From Antedon mediterranea (lineage: Eukaryota > Animalia > Echinodermata): a stretch of DNA of 64,000 nucleotides. Position 1 is the stretch's first letter. Every line of letters begins with the position of its first letter. Both the position numbers and the translations under genes were made by a program. The notes below the pieces were generated by a model that saw nothing but the letters and a program-made list of their open reading frames with translations, had not been told where the DNA came from and searched no databases. The stretch covers positions 7,998,001 through 8,062,000 of the forward strand of contig NC_092673.1 of assembly GCF_964355755.1 (NCBI RefSeq). The letters are read 5' to 3'. Positions 12,201 to 24,119 of this stretch are shown here, piece by piece.

Positions 12201-15200
12201 GGCATTATGCCAGATGCCGTGGGCCTCTAAATAATGCCAAAAAGCATAATAATGCCAGAAATGGCAACTATGATACGGTGGCCTATAAGTGTCACGGCAA
12301 CTTTCAAAAAATATCACGGCAATTTTTTCAAAAAAAGCCACGGCAATTTGAAAAAGGCCACGGCAATTTGAAAAAAGCCACGGCAATTTGAAAAAAGCCA
12401 CGGCAATTTGAAAAAAGCCACGGCAATTTGAAAAAAGCCACGGCAATTTGAAAAAAGCCACGGCAAATTAAAAATAAAACATCACGGCAAATTAAAAATA
12501 AAACATCGCGGCAATTTAACAAAAATACCAGGGCAACTTAAAAATGAAACACCACGGCAAATTAGTATTGAAGCACCACGGCAAATTAATAGTGAAACAC
12601 CACGGCAAATTACAGAATGCCACGGCGGAAGTGAGTTACCACGGCGGAAGTGAAACCTTTGGAATCTTCGATTTTTTCTGAGGTAAGTAATTATTTGTGC
12701 ATTGATGTAAATATTATATTAATTTATTTAACTGCAGCAGTTTACGTGTTTATTGCACTCTTCTTGAACTTTCTAGGCCGGGCTAGACCATAGGCCTTAT
12801 TACAAGGTAGGCCTAGGCCCTATAACATTCTACAATGTTTTAATATATTTACAGTAATCTGTTTTTTATATAACAAGTTGTTTTTACAGTAGACCTAGCT
12901 ACTACTGTAGGCCTAAGGCCTAGGGCTAGTAGTAGGCATAGCTAGGCCTAGTGCAATAAACACGTAAATGCTGCAGTTAAATATAATAAATTAATATAAT
13001 AATATTTACTTCAATGCACAAATAATTACTTACCTCAGAAAAAATCGAAGATTCCAAAGGTTTCACTTCCGCCGTGGTAACTCACTTCCGCCGTGGCATT
13101 CTGTAATTTGCCGTGGTGTTTCATTACTAATTTGCCGTGGTGTTTCAATACTAATTTGCCGTGGTGTTTCATTTTTAAGTTGCCGTGGTATTTTTGTTAA
13201 ATTGCCGCGATGTTTTATTTTTAATTTGCCGTGATGTTTTATTTTTAATTTGCCGTGGCTTTTTTCAAATTGCCGTAGCTTTTTTTGAAAGTTGCCGTGA
13301 TATTTTTTGAAAGTTGCCGTGACACTTATAGGCCACCGAAATCGATTTGCAGACCGCAAACATCCGATAAGAATGACGTAGGTTATCATACCGTATTTGG
13401 CTATATGGGGCGGGCGGTATGTAAATATGGATTTCGAATCAACCAATGATCATTTTGTTTCAAAATTAAAAAGATCGAGTAGGCCTACGTACAGTGCTGA
13501 ATGTACGATCGAGACTGTTGAAATATGAAATCCTGTTGCCAAGTTGTTTTGTTTATTAATTGTTTAGTCCTTAGCCTAGGCCTCCTTCGTAGGTCCTACT
13601 CAACTCGCACGTATGACCTGCCAAATAAAACGCCAATAAGGTAGGCCTACATAATACCACCACCGGCACACAACAGGATTCACACACAACAGACAGGGGT
13701 GTGTCGAAAGCGAAGACATCGAAAGCGAAGATCGAAGACCGAAGACCTCGAAAGCGAAGACCCTACGAAATGGTAGTGTGCACAAAATCTGACCAAAATC
13801 ATACAAAATCGTGATAACACCTTGAATTTACAGATTCTAAAAAAAGATTTCGATTTTAATCGTTATGTTATCAAAAAACATGACTTTATCTATGAACAAG
13901 CTCACGCGTTTTCGCCAATGGAGTTAAATGTGATATGGTTTACGAACAAACACATCGCGCTATTTGCAAGGCGACGGACGCACAAGAAGGACACGCACAC
14001 TGTAGCATTGAATTGAATGCAATATTAATTATAATATTACTACGGTTCCGATAACTTTATGTCACACGTCGCCTACAATTTAAAACCATAGCCAATTGTA
14101 TAGAAAAGTATAGAAATAAACTACAAGTAAATTGTAAGAAGTAAAGGATTGCGATAGGCCTATTTAGGCTAATTTTAGAGCATATATAAAAAGTGTCCGT
14201 ATCATAGATTTTACACTTGTTTTTAAACATGTTATACGCGTGAATAGAACTTAGAGATCATTTTTCATTTTTTTTTTTGCATTTAAATATGTTGATATAT
14301 GTTTATTATCTATAATTAATCGGGAGACTGTTGAATAGTCGTCTCATCCACAAGCCTGTGAGATAGAAGGTTGGGGGTTAGAGTGGTTAAGCCCAATAAA
14401 AATTCACCATCATTTTTTATTTTTATTTATAGAGAGTATCTCTTTTAGTATTTACCACGGGCAATGCTTGAAAACAAAAGTCAGTTTCTTTTTTTTTACC
14501 GTTTGATGATGAGGACACTTGTGGTTGGCGGAACTGGAACTTCATTAAGCTTGGTTCCCACTAGAACGTAACGCAAGGACGTAAACGCAACGCAAGCGTT
14601 TTAACCAATGACAAGCGAAGTTATAGACAGTTAGCAATCACAAGCGAATAAGCCATCGCTTGTGATTGGTGGTCAATTCACTTGCGTTGCGTTACGTCCT
14701 TGCGTTGCGTTGCTAGTGGGAACCACGCTTTAAACATGTATTTTGACAGTGTCGGTAAACGTAATACCGATATATAAACACCCGTTTTAAAAATAATTAA
14801 ACGTGAACACACTATCGTCACTAATCACATTGCAACCGTAACAAAATCGGCAACTTTTTAAGCGAATATTTTTTTATTTCAATCTTTGTTTTGAATGGCT
14901 TTTGTGAACTTTGACATAATGGCATAATTAAATGTTATTCGGAATTATGGAAGCCGTGAAACAGATGATGTGTCGCAGGAAACGATCGATTTATAACCAA
15001 AATTTATAGAACGCTGATGCCTATTATCGTTCGTTCTTTTTAGCTTTTTGTCATATCATAATTTGAATATATTCTGTCAAATTTGGCCCGGGAAAAGTGC
15101 GCCTTCAGAACAAACTTGCGTGTCATTACAAGTGGGAACCGACGACGGAAGCACGGTCCGTAGACGTGTTCAACACTTTTGCTTTACGTTCGTCATAATG

Positions 15201-18200
15201 ATTCTCGATCGTAAGAGGGGATGCAAAATAGATAGAAGAGTATTTTCTTATGTTGCTCGCGTCAATACGATACAGTACATAGCGGCAGGATGTTTTTGTT
15301 TAGTGGTTCGTTGGTTAATGAAATATTTATTTTACTTTTTATATTTTTCTTCTTTACATAGTACTGTCGCTTCACCAACCACACTAACCGATACTGATAA
15401 TATCATTTGTCCATTATGAATACATTAGAAAAACATTTTTAAACTGGTGAATAATTAAATCAGCAATCTGTAGTATAGGCCTACAATGGGGAAAATGTAA
15501 AAGTTTAAAATACTGTACAGCATGACTAAAGGAAAATAAATATCTTATTGTATTTAATTATACATTTAGACAACAGGCAAATATTTCGTAGGGTCTTCAC
15601 TTTCGAGGTCTTCGGTCTTCGATCTTTGCTTTCGAGGTCTTCGCTTTCGACACACCCCAACAGACAGGGCTACACCACTACACAGAACAGGACAGGGTCT
15701 TGGTGGGAATTAAATCAAATTATCTCCGCGTAATATTAAATCAGGGAGATGTAAATTACATCTCCCTGATTAAATGATCCATATAAAATCCTTTCTAGCC
15801 TTCAGAAACTTTCATCAATGTACCCAAGTACACATTGTCTAAACGTAACATAGCGCATGCGTACCATCTTATTTGTTGAGTCTTTGAAATTCTGAAATAT
15901 GAATATTAAAACGGTGTACGAGTGAGTAGCCAATCGCATGCAGCTGAAACTAGTCAACCGGATAATCTATGCACCAAGAATTCTTGGTGTCAAACCACGT
16001 GACTTTTGCGTGTTTCCCCAGGCGGAGTATCCAAACTCAAGTAATACACGTATGAAACGCCATATGTGCAAAAATATTTATATTTTTACTAATATTAAGA
16101 AAAAACTCCGTCTGGAGTCCAGACTACATCTTAGTTGTTGAGTCTTTGAAATTCTGAAATATGAATATTTACACATTGTACGAGTGAGTAGCCAATCGCA
16201 TGCAGCTGAAACTAGTCAACCGGATAATCGTATGCACCAAGAATTCTTGGTGTCAAACCACGTGACTTGTGCGTGTTTCCCCAGACGGAGTATCCAAAAT
16301 CAAGTAGTATACGTATGAAACGTCATCTGTGCCAAAATATTTATCTTTTAACTAATATTAAGACAAAACTCCGTCTGGAACCCAGACTAACGTACCTATG
16401 TACACACGTACCTATGTACACACGTACCTATGTACACACGTACCTATGTACACACGTACCCAGGGCCGTAGCCAGGATTTGTCAAGGGGGGGGTTGGACA
16501 TTGGGTCACCCCCCCCCCCCCCCCACTCACCCCCACCCCCCCCCCCCCCCCCTGGGGTGGGGCCTAAGGCGAAGCGAATTTTGTTAAATGACACCCCTAG
16601 ATGGCCGGAAAAGACACTCTAATGCAGCGATCGTACTTGGACTCGTGGACTATTTAAACGATAACATTGTTGCCGTATGTTAGATGCGCGTGCTCTGTGC
16701 GGAACCGCCGATTGTTTGAACATTTACTCGGTATTTTATTTTGCGTTCAAGTTCAATGCGAACGTACGTCTAGGAGAAGCCCCGAAAAAAGCACACTGGG
16801 TGAAGGCAAATGCAATTCTTATTATAGCTCTATCTATAATATTTATTTACAGCAATTTGTTGAGGAAATTAATTATGCCAATGGTGATATTGATACATTT
16901 GAGTACGTATCGGCTGGTGGTCTAGAAAAAAATAATCGGACGCCATAATGTGAACTACAGTACATGATACCATAGATATTATAGTGTAAAATATTAATAT
17001 TCACTATAATCCTCTATGATGCATTACACTTCATAGCCACACATAAATACTGATGTATGTCGGAAGGCTATATACTTTATGCATGCTGTCTGACTGCCAG
17101 TGATCTAAACAATTGGTACGCAGTTGTCTGGCGGTGTCCTTTGTACGAATCGTTCGTGCCCCAGCTCGCTGTGAGACGCGTCAATATCATGTTACATGCA
17201 GGGACCAAACATTTATTTTTCAGGTTAAAATCGGCAATTCATTTGCAACTCTTAGAAATTTACAGACGCGTATCGCTCGAAGTACGCTCATACAGGGAAG
17301 AAGGTACTGTATGAGTTATTTCGAACGAGTTTACGAATTTTTCAATTTACGAACAACTTTTTGTACTGTGGGGCACGTATTTGGACGATTTTCGGAGATG
17401 AGGGTGAGGTATTGGGCATGTCGGGGATGGGGGTTCGCAGTCGGTTAAGGGGGGTTCGCTGTAAAGGGGGGGGGGGGGAGGGGGTTCGCCCGAACCATAA
17501 CCCCCCCCCCCCCCTGGCTACGGGCCTGCGTACCTATGTACACACGTACCTATGTACACACGTACCTATGTACACACGTACCTATGTACACACGTACCTA
17601 TGTACACACGTACCTATGTACACACGTACCTATGTACACACGTACCTATGTACACACGTACCTATGTACACACGTACCTATGTACACACGTACCTATGTA
17701 CACACGTACCTATGTACACACGTACCTATGTACACACGTACCTATGTACACACGTACCTATGTACACACGTACCTATGTACACATGTACCTAATCAAAAT
17801 GTACAGCAGATATAATTATCAGGGAAATCTAAAGCTCATAAATATTCATACCCCACCCTTGTAATTCCATAAATTAATCACTGAGGTCTGACTGTGTATA
17901 GAGAAATTGTAAGTGTGGGCTACTAAAATTGATACATCTATAATATGATATCTATGTGTTGATTGTTACATATAACTATTGTTTTTATAGCTAACGTTAC
18001 TGATATAGACGTTGATCCATTTGGAGGTAAACTTTACTGGAGTGACAAAGTTTTAAACACCATTGAATGTATTAACTTAGATGGTACTGGGAGAACAGTG
18101 CTATTTCAACTCTCCAAGGATGATCCAACGACCATTGCATTCAATTCGGAAACTCAGTACGTAACGTGTTTTTGAAAACATTGTGACGGCTTATTAAATC

Positions 18201-21200
18201 AAAAAATTAAGTTGTTGATTTTTTGTTGAGCATTATATCAATATTAAATTTTACATGTTCTGTCTTGCTACGTGAAAGGTTGCTACACACTAGGACGATA
18301 ACGATCGATGACAAATATAAACATATATTTGTTTTACTTAAACAAATGAAATTAGAAAAATGAGATATCTATTTATGCTGTCTCTAATAACAATTATATT
18401 AAAAGAAATCCAATCAAATGACGTCATAATCAATTAGTCACAATCGTCACGATATAATTACTCTTACTCATCATGACGTCAGTTGATGGGACGTGTGAAA
18501 ATATTATTTTTATCAAAGGCAGCATAGATTGTTATCCTATAGTTCTAGGATAAAAAGTGTTTATATTTCTTTCGTTTTTTGTAGGAAAAGTTCTGATCAT
18601 ACTTATCTATTTATCGTCGATTTTTATCGTCGTAGTGTAAAATGGGCCTGAAGCGAGGTTTTATAACACTCAAATTGTATGCTAAATTCTTGCTTGGTTA
18701 AAAACTTCCAAATGCATGAAGACAACTTTTTTTTTGTAGAAGTTACCGGTAGTATTCCGGTAACAGTCTGCAAGTATCTAAATTCAATACTTTACGCACA
18801 AAAAAGCAATACAAAATTAATTAATTTTTTACATAGGCTATAAATTAGATTTAGAAATTCAAACACTATAAAGCGATCCGTTCGATCACCTAATAATGTG
18901 CATGCTGGATTTTTCAGGTATCTGTACTGGGCTACAAGTGGGGGTTTTAAAGCAATATATCGAGCCAGAATAGGTGAAACCAAAGCTTTAGTTACAACAT
19001 TGAACGAGACATCAGGTGGAATTGATTTTAAAGGTAGCTATATTACCATATGAGGGAGTGAGTTTGAACTTTTGTTCGTTATAATTGGTCCTACTGCACA
19101 AATCCATACGTTGGCTATCAAAATGACCAGAATTGCATTGGCAAAGTTTATATGTTGACATTTGAATATTAACCGCTTCATCTTGAATCAAATATAGCTG
19201 TCAAAATGGCTTCTAAAATCCATACTTTCTCTAAGGAAAAGTATATAATGTGATGATGTTCTATTATTTAATAATGGAACATCATAATTATACAGAATTG
19301 AACGGCGCCGTTTTCCGTTTGTGAAACGGAGCAGGTGTGAATGTACAGTAGCTCTAGAATGTTTTTTTTCGGTACAAAATTCTTTAGTATTAAACGTATA
19401 CATACACAGAACCACAATTTGTTGATTAATAGATTTTTACTACCATTTTTGTACACCGTGATCCATCTTTTTTTAAAGAAGCCCACAACGGCCCCATAAT
19501 ATTATGGTCGTTTATACATAGTGAGGCAAAACGTTTTCTCTTCAACTCTAGACGCTGGTAAAACAAGAGAAGCATAGTACAATAATACAATTTAGGAGCA
19601 AGATGGCGGCCAAAATATGTTCGGGAAAAATTGGCTCCCAGTTGCAATGAATTCTGCTGGTCCTAAGGATTCCAAAACTGCCAAGAACTCAACTTGAGCA
19701 TTAAAATCTCACGGAATTACTAGTGGGGAACCTAATGTTCCAAAAATCAGTTCCGTGAGATTTCAATAACTTTACTTTAATGTTGCATTACAATAAATAT
19801 AAATATGTATGGTCTCAGCAATTTGAGACCATTTTTTAATTTCAATGACCAGCGTTTTTTAGATACAATGCAAGTCAAGGTCAAAGGTCAATAGTGCAGA
19901 AAAATAGCATTTCCTATTACATTTCGTCAAAATGTTCCATTACAATGAATATAAATATATACGCTCCGAGTATTTTGATACCAATAGCTTGTTGATAGTT
20001 AACTTAAGCTCATACTTTATGAAGAAGAAAATTTATGAAGCAAAATAAATTATTTACAGAAAAAAAAAAGAGATTCTAATTATATGTTTTTGTTTAAATC
20101 AAAAAAGAATTCTAAATACATTTTTTGCAATTATAGTATCTGATTTTTAAAACTGTCTAAAAAGTTCAGCAATAAAACCGCAATATGCTACATGGTGAAA
20201 TATTACTTACCCATCGCATTCGAATTCGTGTTAGTTAAGAATATATCTTTTAGAAACACCAAAAAAAGCCAACATAATTTAGTAATTGAAAATTTTAATA
20301 TTAGTAGTTATTTTATTTTTTAGTATCTCTATTGAATCTATGCTGTATTCTATATATAAGAGTGATAATTAATTAGAATTTGGTATGTTTTTTATTAATT
20401 TGTTTGATATCTTTAGATGACACCATATTCTGGATTGACAACTATCTACACAAGGCAGATTTAGATGGTAACAACATAATTGTTTCTCTGCAAACTTCAT
20501 TTACACCTGTCGCTAACATTGCGATCCACGGTGATAATGTGTACATGACAGACCGGAATTTGGGCGGTATTCGATGGAAAGATATTAATACAGGAAGTGT
20601 CAGTTCTCGCTACTCCACGTCTTTCATAGACCACATAGAAGACCTGGTATATTATGCAGGTAATACCATTTTCACATCAACTTCCCCCACAATCAATGTC
20701 AGAACAGCAGTAATAAGGTTAAGACAGCAGAATTGTTACGACTATACCATACCATATCATCATTTTATAGACAAATATCTTTTGTGATCCAGTTCAGACC
20801 GTAACAAATTTTCCAACAAGAAATCTGTGAGAATGCCCTAACCGAGTCCCGAACTCGGACCTTCTGTTTGATATGCAGCTGTCCTAACCATTAGACCATG
20901 GTAGTATTGTTCAAACTTGATTGAATAATGACTCTTTAACATTCTCTACGTGGTATGGCAGAACAGCATTAGTTCCTCAATTGTACGCACGCGCACCAAA
21001 GATCAACTTGATACCCCCAATTTATTCAGTATCTTTATTCACGAAGCGGGATCTCTAAAGAGATACTCTTTTACATATATAAATAAATCAGATTATATAA
21101 ACTATATTTTAGTGAGAGGAGGTACAAGTTCCATAACAACTTTCTAAATAGCTTGAGTGAAAGTGATAGTTGCAACATTTTCAATCAGAGAGATACCTGG

Positions 21201-22137
21201 AACACAACAAATGTTTTCTTCGTGCTATACAAGTTGGCAGTTCCGCCATGCCACTTCTTGATTTAAATTAGTATAATTCCATCCATAGTAGAAGAAATGG
21301 ACTTTATCCGTTACGTAATTTATTGAATCAGGGAAAAAATAATTTCCCGGGATTATAAAGCATGTACCATTATGATTTACATTGATGTAGGTCTGGCAGT
21401 TGAATGATACCAGGGAATGACTGGGTCATGGAAAGATTAACATAGTTTGTGCAACTAAACGGCTAATTCAACAGTGATTTTTTTTCTAATATACATCTTA
21501 CTAAATGATGGTTACTGTCCTCTATCCGCTTTTTTACAGAAAATTTTACTGCGTTTGGAACTATACCATTCTAATGTTCCATTACTGCACTCAAAAGTCT
21601 ACTCACAAACATAAGCAACGTTCTCAACAAAAAGTATTTGTGCTGTGTATAAACAATTGTTTACTAATTTAAATTTTCTTATAATTATGAGCACTGATCC
21701 ATGTCAATTTTTGGGACTTATATTTACATTAGATCCAGTCTGTGCAGAGGAATGCAACAACAACGGTAACTGCGAATATATTGAGGAGGATGTTATCGTT
21801 GGCTGTTCGTGCCCATTTGGTTTTGGTGGATCAACCTGCAACACAAGTATGTTTAACTTTTGTCTAGATACAAAGATATACCAAAATAATGTATTTAAAG
21901 TTGATTATTTTTTTCAAAAGTAAAAAATATATCTTGTGAAACGTCCAGAAAATATTAGAACCGATAACTTTATAACACTGTGAAAAATGTTGTTGTGAAA
22001 GTTTTAAGTCTGTTTAAGTTTGCTTAAACACTATATTTTATAATAAGAAAATCATGGTATTCTAATAAAATAGTGTTTCACTAAATATTTAATCATATTT
22101 TTTAGTTATGGGGTACTGCGACTGTTGGAACCCTTGA
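6241..22137 (+). CDS. Secreted LDLR class B (YWTD) beta-propeller + EGF-domain protein, ~326 aa, 7 coding exons
   Basis: Exons 6241-6307, 6927-7169, 17991-18156, 18918-19033, 20417-20659, 21733-21846, 22106-22137, all GT-AG and phase-compatible (981 nt). Signal-like N-terminus MAATMKMIVFILVIQSLVLFVFS; repeats KVYFS, LYWSD x2, LYWAT, IFWID, VYMTD; EGF C..C....C..CSCPFGFGGSTC; ends IMGYCDCWNP*. A paralog at 27625-31045 has the same exon structure. Confidence 0.82.
7379..7562. mobile_element. PIF/Harbinger-type MITE, family H1
   Basis: TIRs AGCGTGGTTCCTACTAG / CTAGTGGGAACCAAGCT with TWA flanks; inverted copy at 14548-14729 and partial copy at ~31636-31769. Confidence 0.75.
7875..8191. repeat. 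16-bp minisatellite (GTACCTATGTACACAC)n, left part of an array split by insertions
   Basis: About 20 units; the array continues at 16390-16460 and 17529-17791. Confidence 0.97.
8463..10073. mobile_element. Kolobok-like non-autonomous element with TTAA TSD
   Basis: TTAA|AGGGGGATTCTGGGTTT...AAACCCGGAACCCACCT|TTAA; the homologous site in the inner copy (~13495-13505) is empty. Confidence 0.78.
9222..9242. mobile_element. 21-bp palindromic insertion with 7-bp TSD (putative P-element-type footprint)
   Basis: GTCTAAG|CATGGAGGTATTACCTCCATG|GTCTAAG. Confidence 0.75.
10616..12272. mobile_element. hAT-like non-autonomous element with internal ~190-bp tandem repeats
   Basis: 8-bp TSD ATACGGTG (10608-10615, 12273-12280); imperfect TIR CAGCGTTGCCA / TGGCAACTATG; subterminal ATGCCAG motifs; repeats at ~10975-11680. 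Confidence 0.8.
12276..13338. mobile_element. Foldback-type MITE (~1.06 kb, mostly palindromic) with ~20-bp CACGGCAA subrepeats
   Basis: Ends CGGTGGCCTATAAGTGTCACGGCAAC / GTTGCCGTGACACTTATAGGCCACCG; arms of ~400-480 bp; the original left tip at 10611 is interrupted by the hAT-like element; empty site visible at ~8290-8305. Confidence 0.85.
13696..15658. mobile_element. Non-autonomous DNA element with ~75-bp TIRs (Mutator- or Merlin-like)
   Basis: TIR GGGGTGTGTCGAAAGCGAAGAC...CCCTACGAAA mirrored at ~15585-15658; TSD AACAGACA (8 bp, or CAACAGACAG 10 bp depending on where the ends are placed). Confidence 0.78.
14548..14729. mobile_element. PIF/Harbinger-type MITE, family H1 (nested)
   Basis: TTA|AGCTTGGTTCCCACTAG...CTAGTGGGAACCACGCT|TTA; reverse complement of 7379-7562. 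Confidence 0.8.
15742..15768. mobile_element. 27-bp palindromic insertion with 7-bp TSD (putative P-element-type footprint, second family)
   Basis: ATTAAAT|CAGGGAGATGTAAATTACATCTCCCTG|ATTAAAT; absent from the homologous site at ~10311-10331. Confidence 0.78.
16461..17528 (+). mobile_element. ~1.07-kb MITE with CAGG termini (hAT-like), copy 1, inserted in the minisatellite
   Basis: TIR CAGGGCCGTAGCCAGG / CCTGGCTACGGGCCTG; 6-bp TSD CGTACC; subterminal G/C runs; homologous to 48570-49618. Confidence 0.85.
17529..17791. repeat. 16-bp minisatellite, right part
   Basis: About 16 units of GTACCTATGTACACAC. Confidence 0.97.
18277..18650. mobile_element. Degenerate MITE
   Basis: Imperfect inverted ends CACACTAGGACGATAACGATCGATGACAAATA / TATTTATCGTCGATTTTTATCGTCGTAGTGT. 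Confidence 0.5.
20820..21050 (-). repeat. Decayed copy of the tRNA-containing dispersed repeat
   Basis: Homologous to ~37465-37680; retains the T-arm CCGAGTTCGGGACTCGG on the minus strand. Confidence 0.75.
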
Positions 22138-22418
22138 GATTGGAGTTTACAACAAACGAACTATTACTGGTGGTTGTTGATAATCAAAGGTTAAGAATAT
22201 GTATTTTTAATAATAGGTGACATATGTAGTGAACAAACTAAGAACAATTATTAATTTGTATAGCATATATATCTGGTATAATATATTATTTGTAAATGTT
22301 GTAAACAATAACATGTGTGTAAGTAGTACATGTAATAGTGTGTATTTTTTATTTGTAAGGTTAGTTTTATTTTCTTTTAATTCATTTTACATTTTACTTT
22401 TTTGATAATTTCAAGTTA

Positions 22419-23311
22419 TGTGACTGCGATTGTTAATTAGTCATTATCTCACATTCTTTTAAGTATTTCTTAGTTAAGTTTATAATAGTTAGAACTCCCA
22501 CTTCCTTGGTTTTGTCCCCATTGCAAATAACATCTGGAGATCATGGAAACACGACACCAAGGGAAGCAAGTCACGAAAACCATTATTAATTAATCAACAA
22601 TCCATAGAAGCACTATAAACAAAGAAACAAACAAATCAATAACCAATCAGGACCAATGACTTAGAAACACAGAGACCAAACGAAGAAAATCCAGATACAG
22701 ATAGACCAAAGAAAGACAAGAGAACTGTTGCAGAAACAGAAAAGTATCGTTCCGGACTCTTTCTGGACGAAACAATTTGGTCATTTCAAGATTTGGATGA
22801 AAAAGAGAACCCGCTTTCTATCACTTAATAATTCTGCTTTATTGAATGGAAGAGAAGAGAAGAAGGCTAGTGTCGACTAGATACTAGACTGTCAACTTGT
22901 TATTAATTCTTTTTATTTGGATCGGACACTGTTTCTCTTATCGTTTGATTATTCGTTTCACCTTTTGCTTAACTACAACACTTGGACGCGCAAGTACGTC
23001 TGAACTTGAACATTTTGTTCACATCCCCAATTATCTCACGTTAGTAGTGCTAGGTTAGACTAGGTTTAATTTAAATATTCTTTTTTATATATAAAAGTGT
23101 ATTCCTAATTATTATTTAATATAATAAAGTAATGTTCTTCAATTTTAGTTTTGTGTTTAGTGTGTTTCTTTCCTGCTTTGTGACGTAGCTATATACCGGT
23201 TAACCACGAATCCTTTGTATCCTTTTTAGTCGCGTGGAAGCGACTCTATAGTTCACTATGTCAGTCGGTCGGTCGGTCTGTCTGTCTGTCGGTCTGTCTG
23301 TCTGTCGGTCG

Positions 23312-23342
<31 letters not shown>

Positions 23343-24119
23343 GGTCCGGTATCACTATGCGTTTTATCGCTTTCTGACCTTATCTTGATATCAGTTTAAT
23401 CTAGCTAGGTCAATTTTTCACAGTATATTCCTTATGGCCAGGAATCAATGTGGTTATGTTTTCACGGTGCGCAATAAAAAATTACACGGTCTACGCACGA
23501 TTTAACGAAATCACGTTTGTAATCATATCTTCACAACCATGAATCACAATTAAATAAAATTTGGTACTCATAAATTTCAGGGCATAAATCATCATATGGC
23601 AATACAATTACGTGCGTAGCGCATGTAACGCATGCGTACGCGCGCTTAACATTTTCAAAATTTATTTTCGATGAAATAAGAGTACATTTCAGGCAATTTT
23701 AAGCGTTTACAAAATTGCCATGAGTGCGCATATTTTTGCGCGCGCACTGCGCGTTAAATCTTATTGCGCACTCTTTTTGCCCGATTTCTGTTTTCTTGAC
23801 TTACTTTTCAACTCGAAATTACGTTATACGAGCACGTCGAAAGTGACAGGCTACGCACGTGTAAATTAAAAAAAAAAATGTTTTTAAACATTTCAACATT
23901 TTTAAACATGTTCAGTAATTTCGGTCAGTATAGTTCACTATGTCGGTCGGTCGGTCTCTCTGTCTGTCTGTCTGTCGGTCTGTCGGTCTGTCTGTCGGTC
24001 TGTCTGTCGGTCCGGTATCACTATGAATTGTAGCACGCGACTTAATGGCTGTTGGCCTTGTTTTTTATTAATTTGGAAGTTCGAGAGACCAATCAGTGCA
24101 GCTGTGTTTTGGTCTTACA
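22419..24119 (+). mobile_element. Possible solo LTR hosting a HINE
   Basis: Begins TGTGAC, ends GGTCTTACA, has AATAAA followed by a GT-rich tract; no matching TSD found, so the boundaries and the call are uncertain. Confidence 0.3.
23223..24062 (+). mobile_element. HINE family A copy 2
   Basis: Near-identical to 1244-2020, with longer microsatellite blocks; T-run insertion site. Confidence 0.85.

Larger units (their letters stand above)
10521..16126. mobile_element. Inner copy of the same Academ-like element, inserted into the outer copy
   Basis: 9-bp TSD CATCTTAGT at 10512-10520 and 16127-16135; same termini TAGACTTG..CAAGTCTG / GTCTGGAGTCCAGACTA. Confidence 0.8.
8192..16389. mobile_element. 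Outer non-autonomous DNA element (TAG...CTA termini, 10-bp TSD; Academ-like), ~1 kb core carrying nested insertions
   Basis: TSD ACGTACCTAT at 8182-8191 and 16390-16399; terminal hairpins AGACTTGTCCCAAGTCT and GTCTGGAACCCAGAC; core = 8192-8462 + 10078-10520 + 16136-16389. Confidence 0.75.

Noticed and set aside
12177-13446. Repetitive ORFs such as FFKLPWLFSNCRG and TPRQIS
   Set aside because: They derive from foldback MITE subrepeats
8192-16389. Apparent local tandem duplication
   Set aside because: The TSDs and segment order are explained by self-nesting of one element
16971-17018. CATAG..CTATG hairpin inside the CAGG MITE (also at ~49096-49140) as a fifth footprint
   Set aside because: No clean 7-bp TSD in either copy; it could be an older footprint but cannot be supported
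16398-17448. Pro/Gly-rich and other ORFs shared between the two CAGG MITE copies
   Set aside because: No transposase motifs, and the frames are not conserved between copies
7879-17864. 'MYTRTYVHTYLCTHVP' repeat ORFs
   Set aside because: The 16-bp minisatellite is stop-free in all three plus frames
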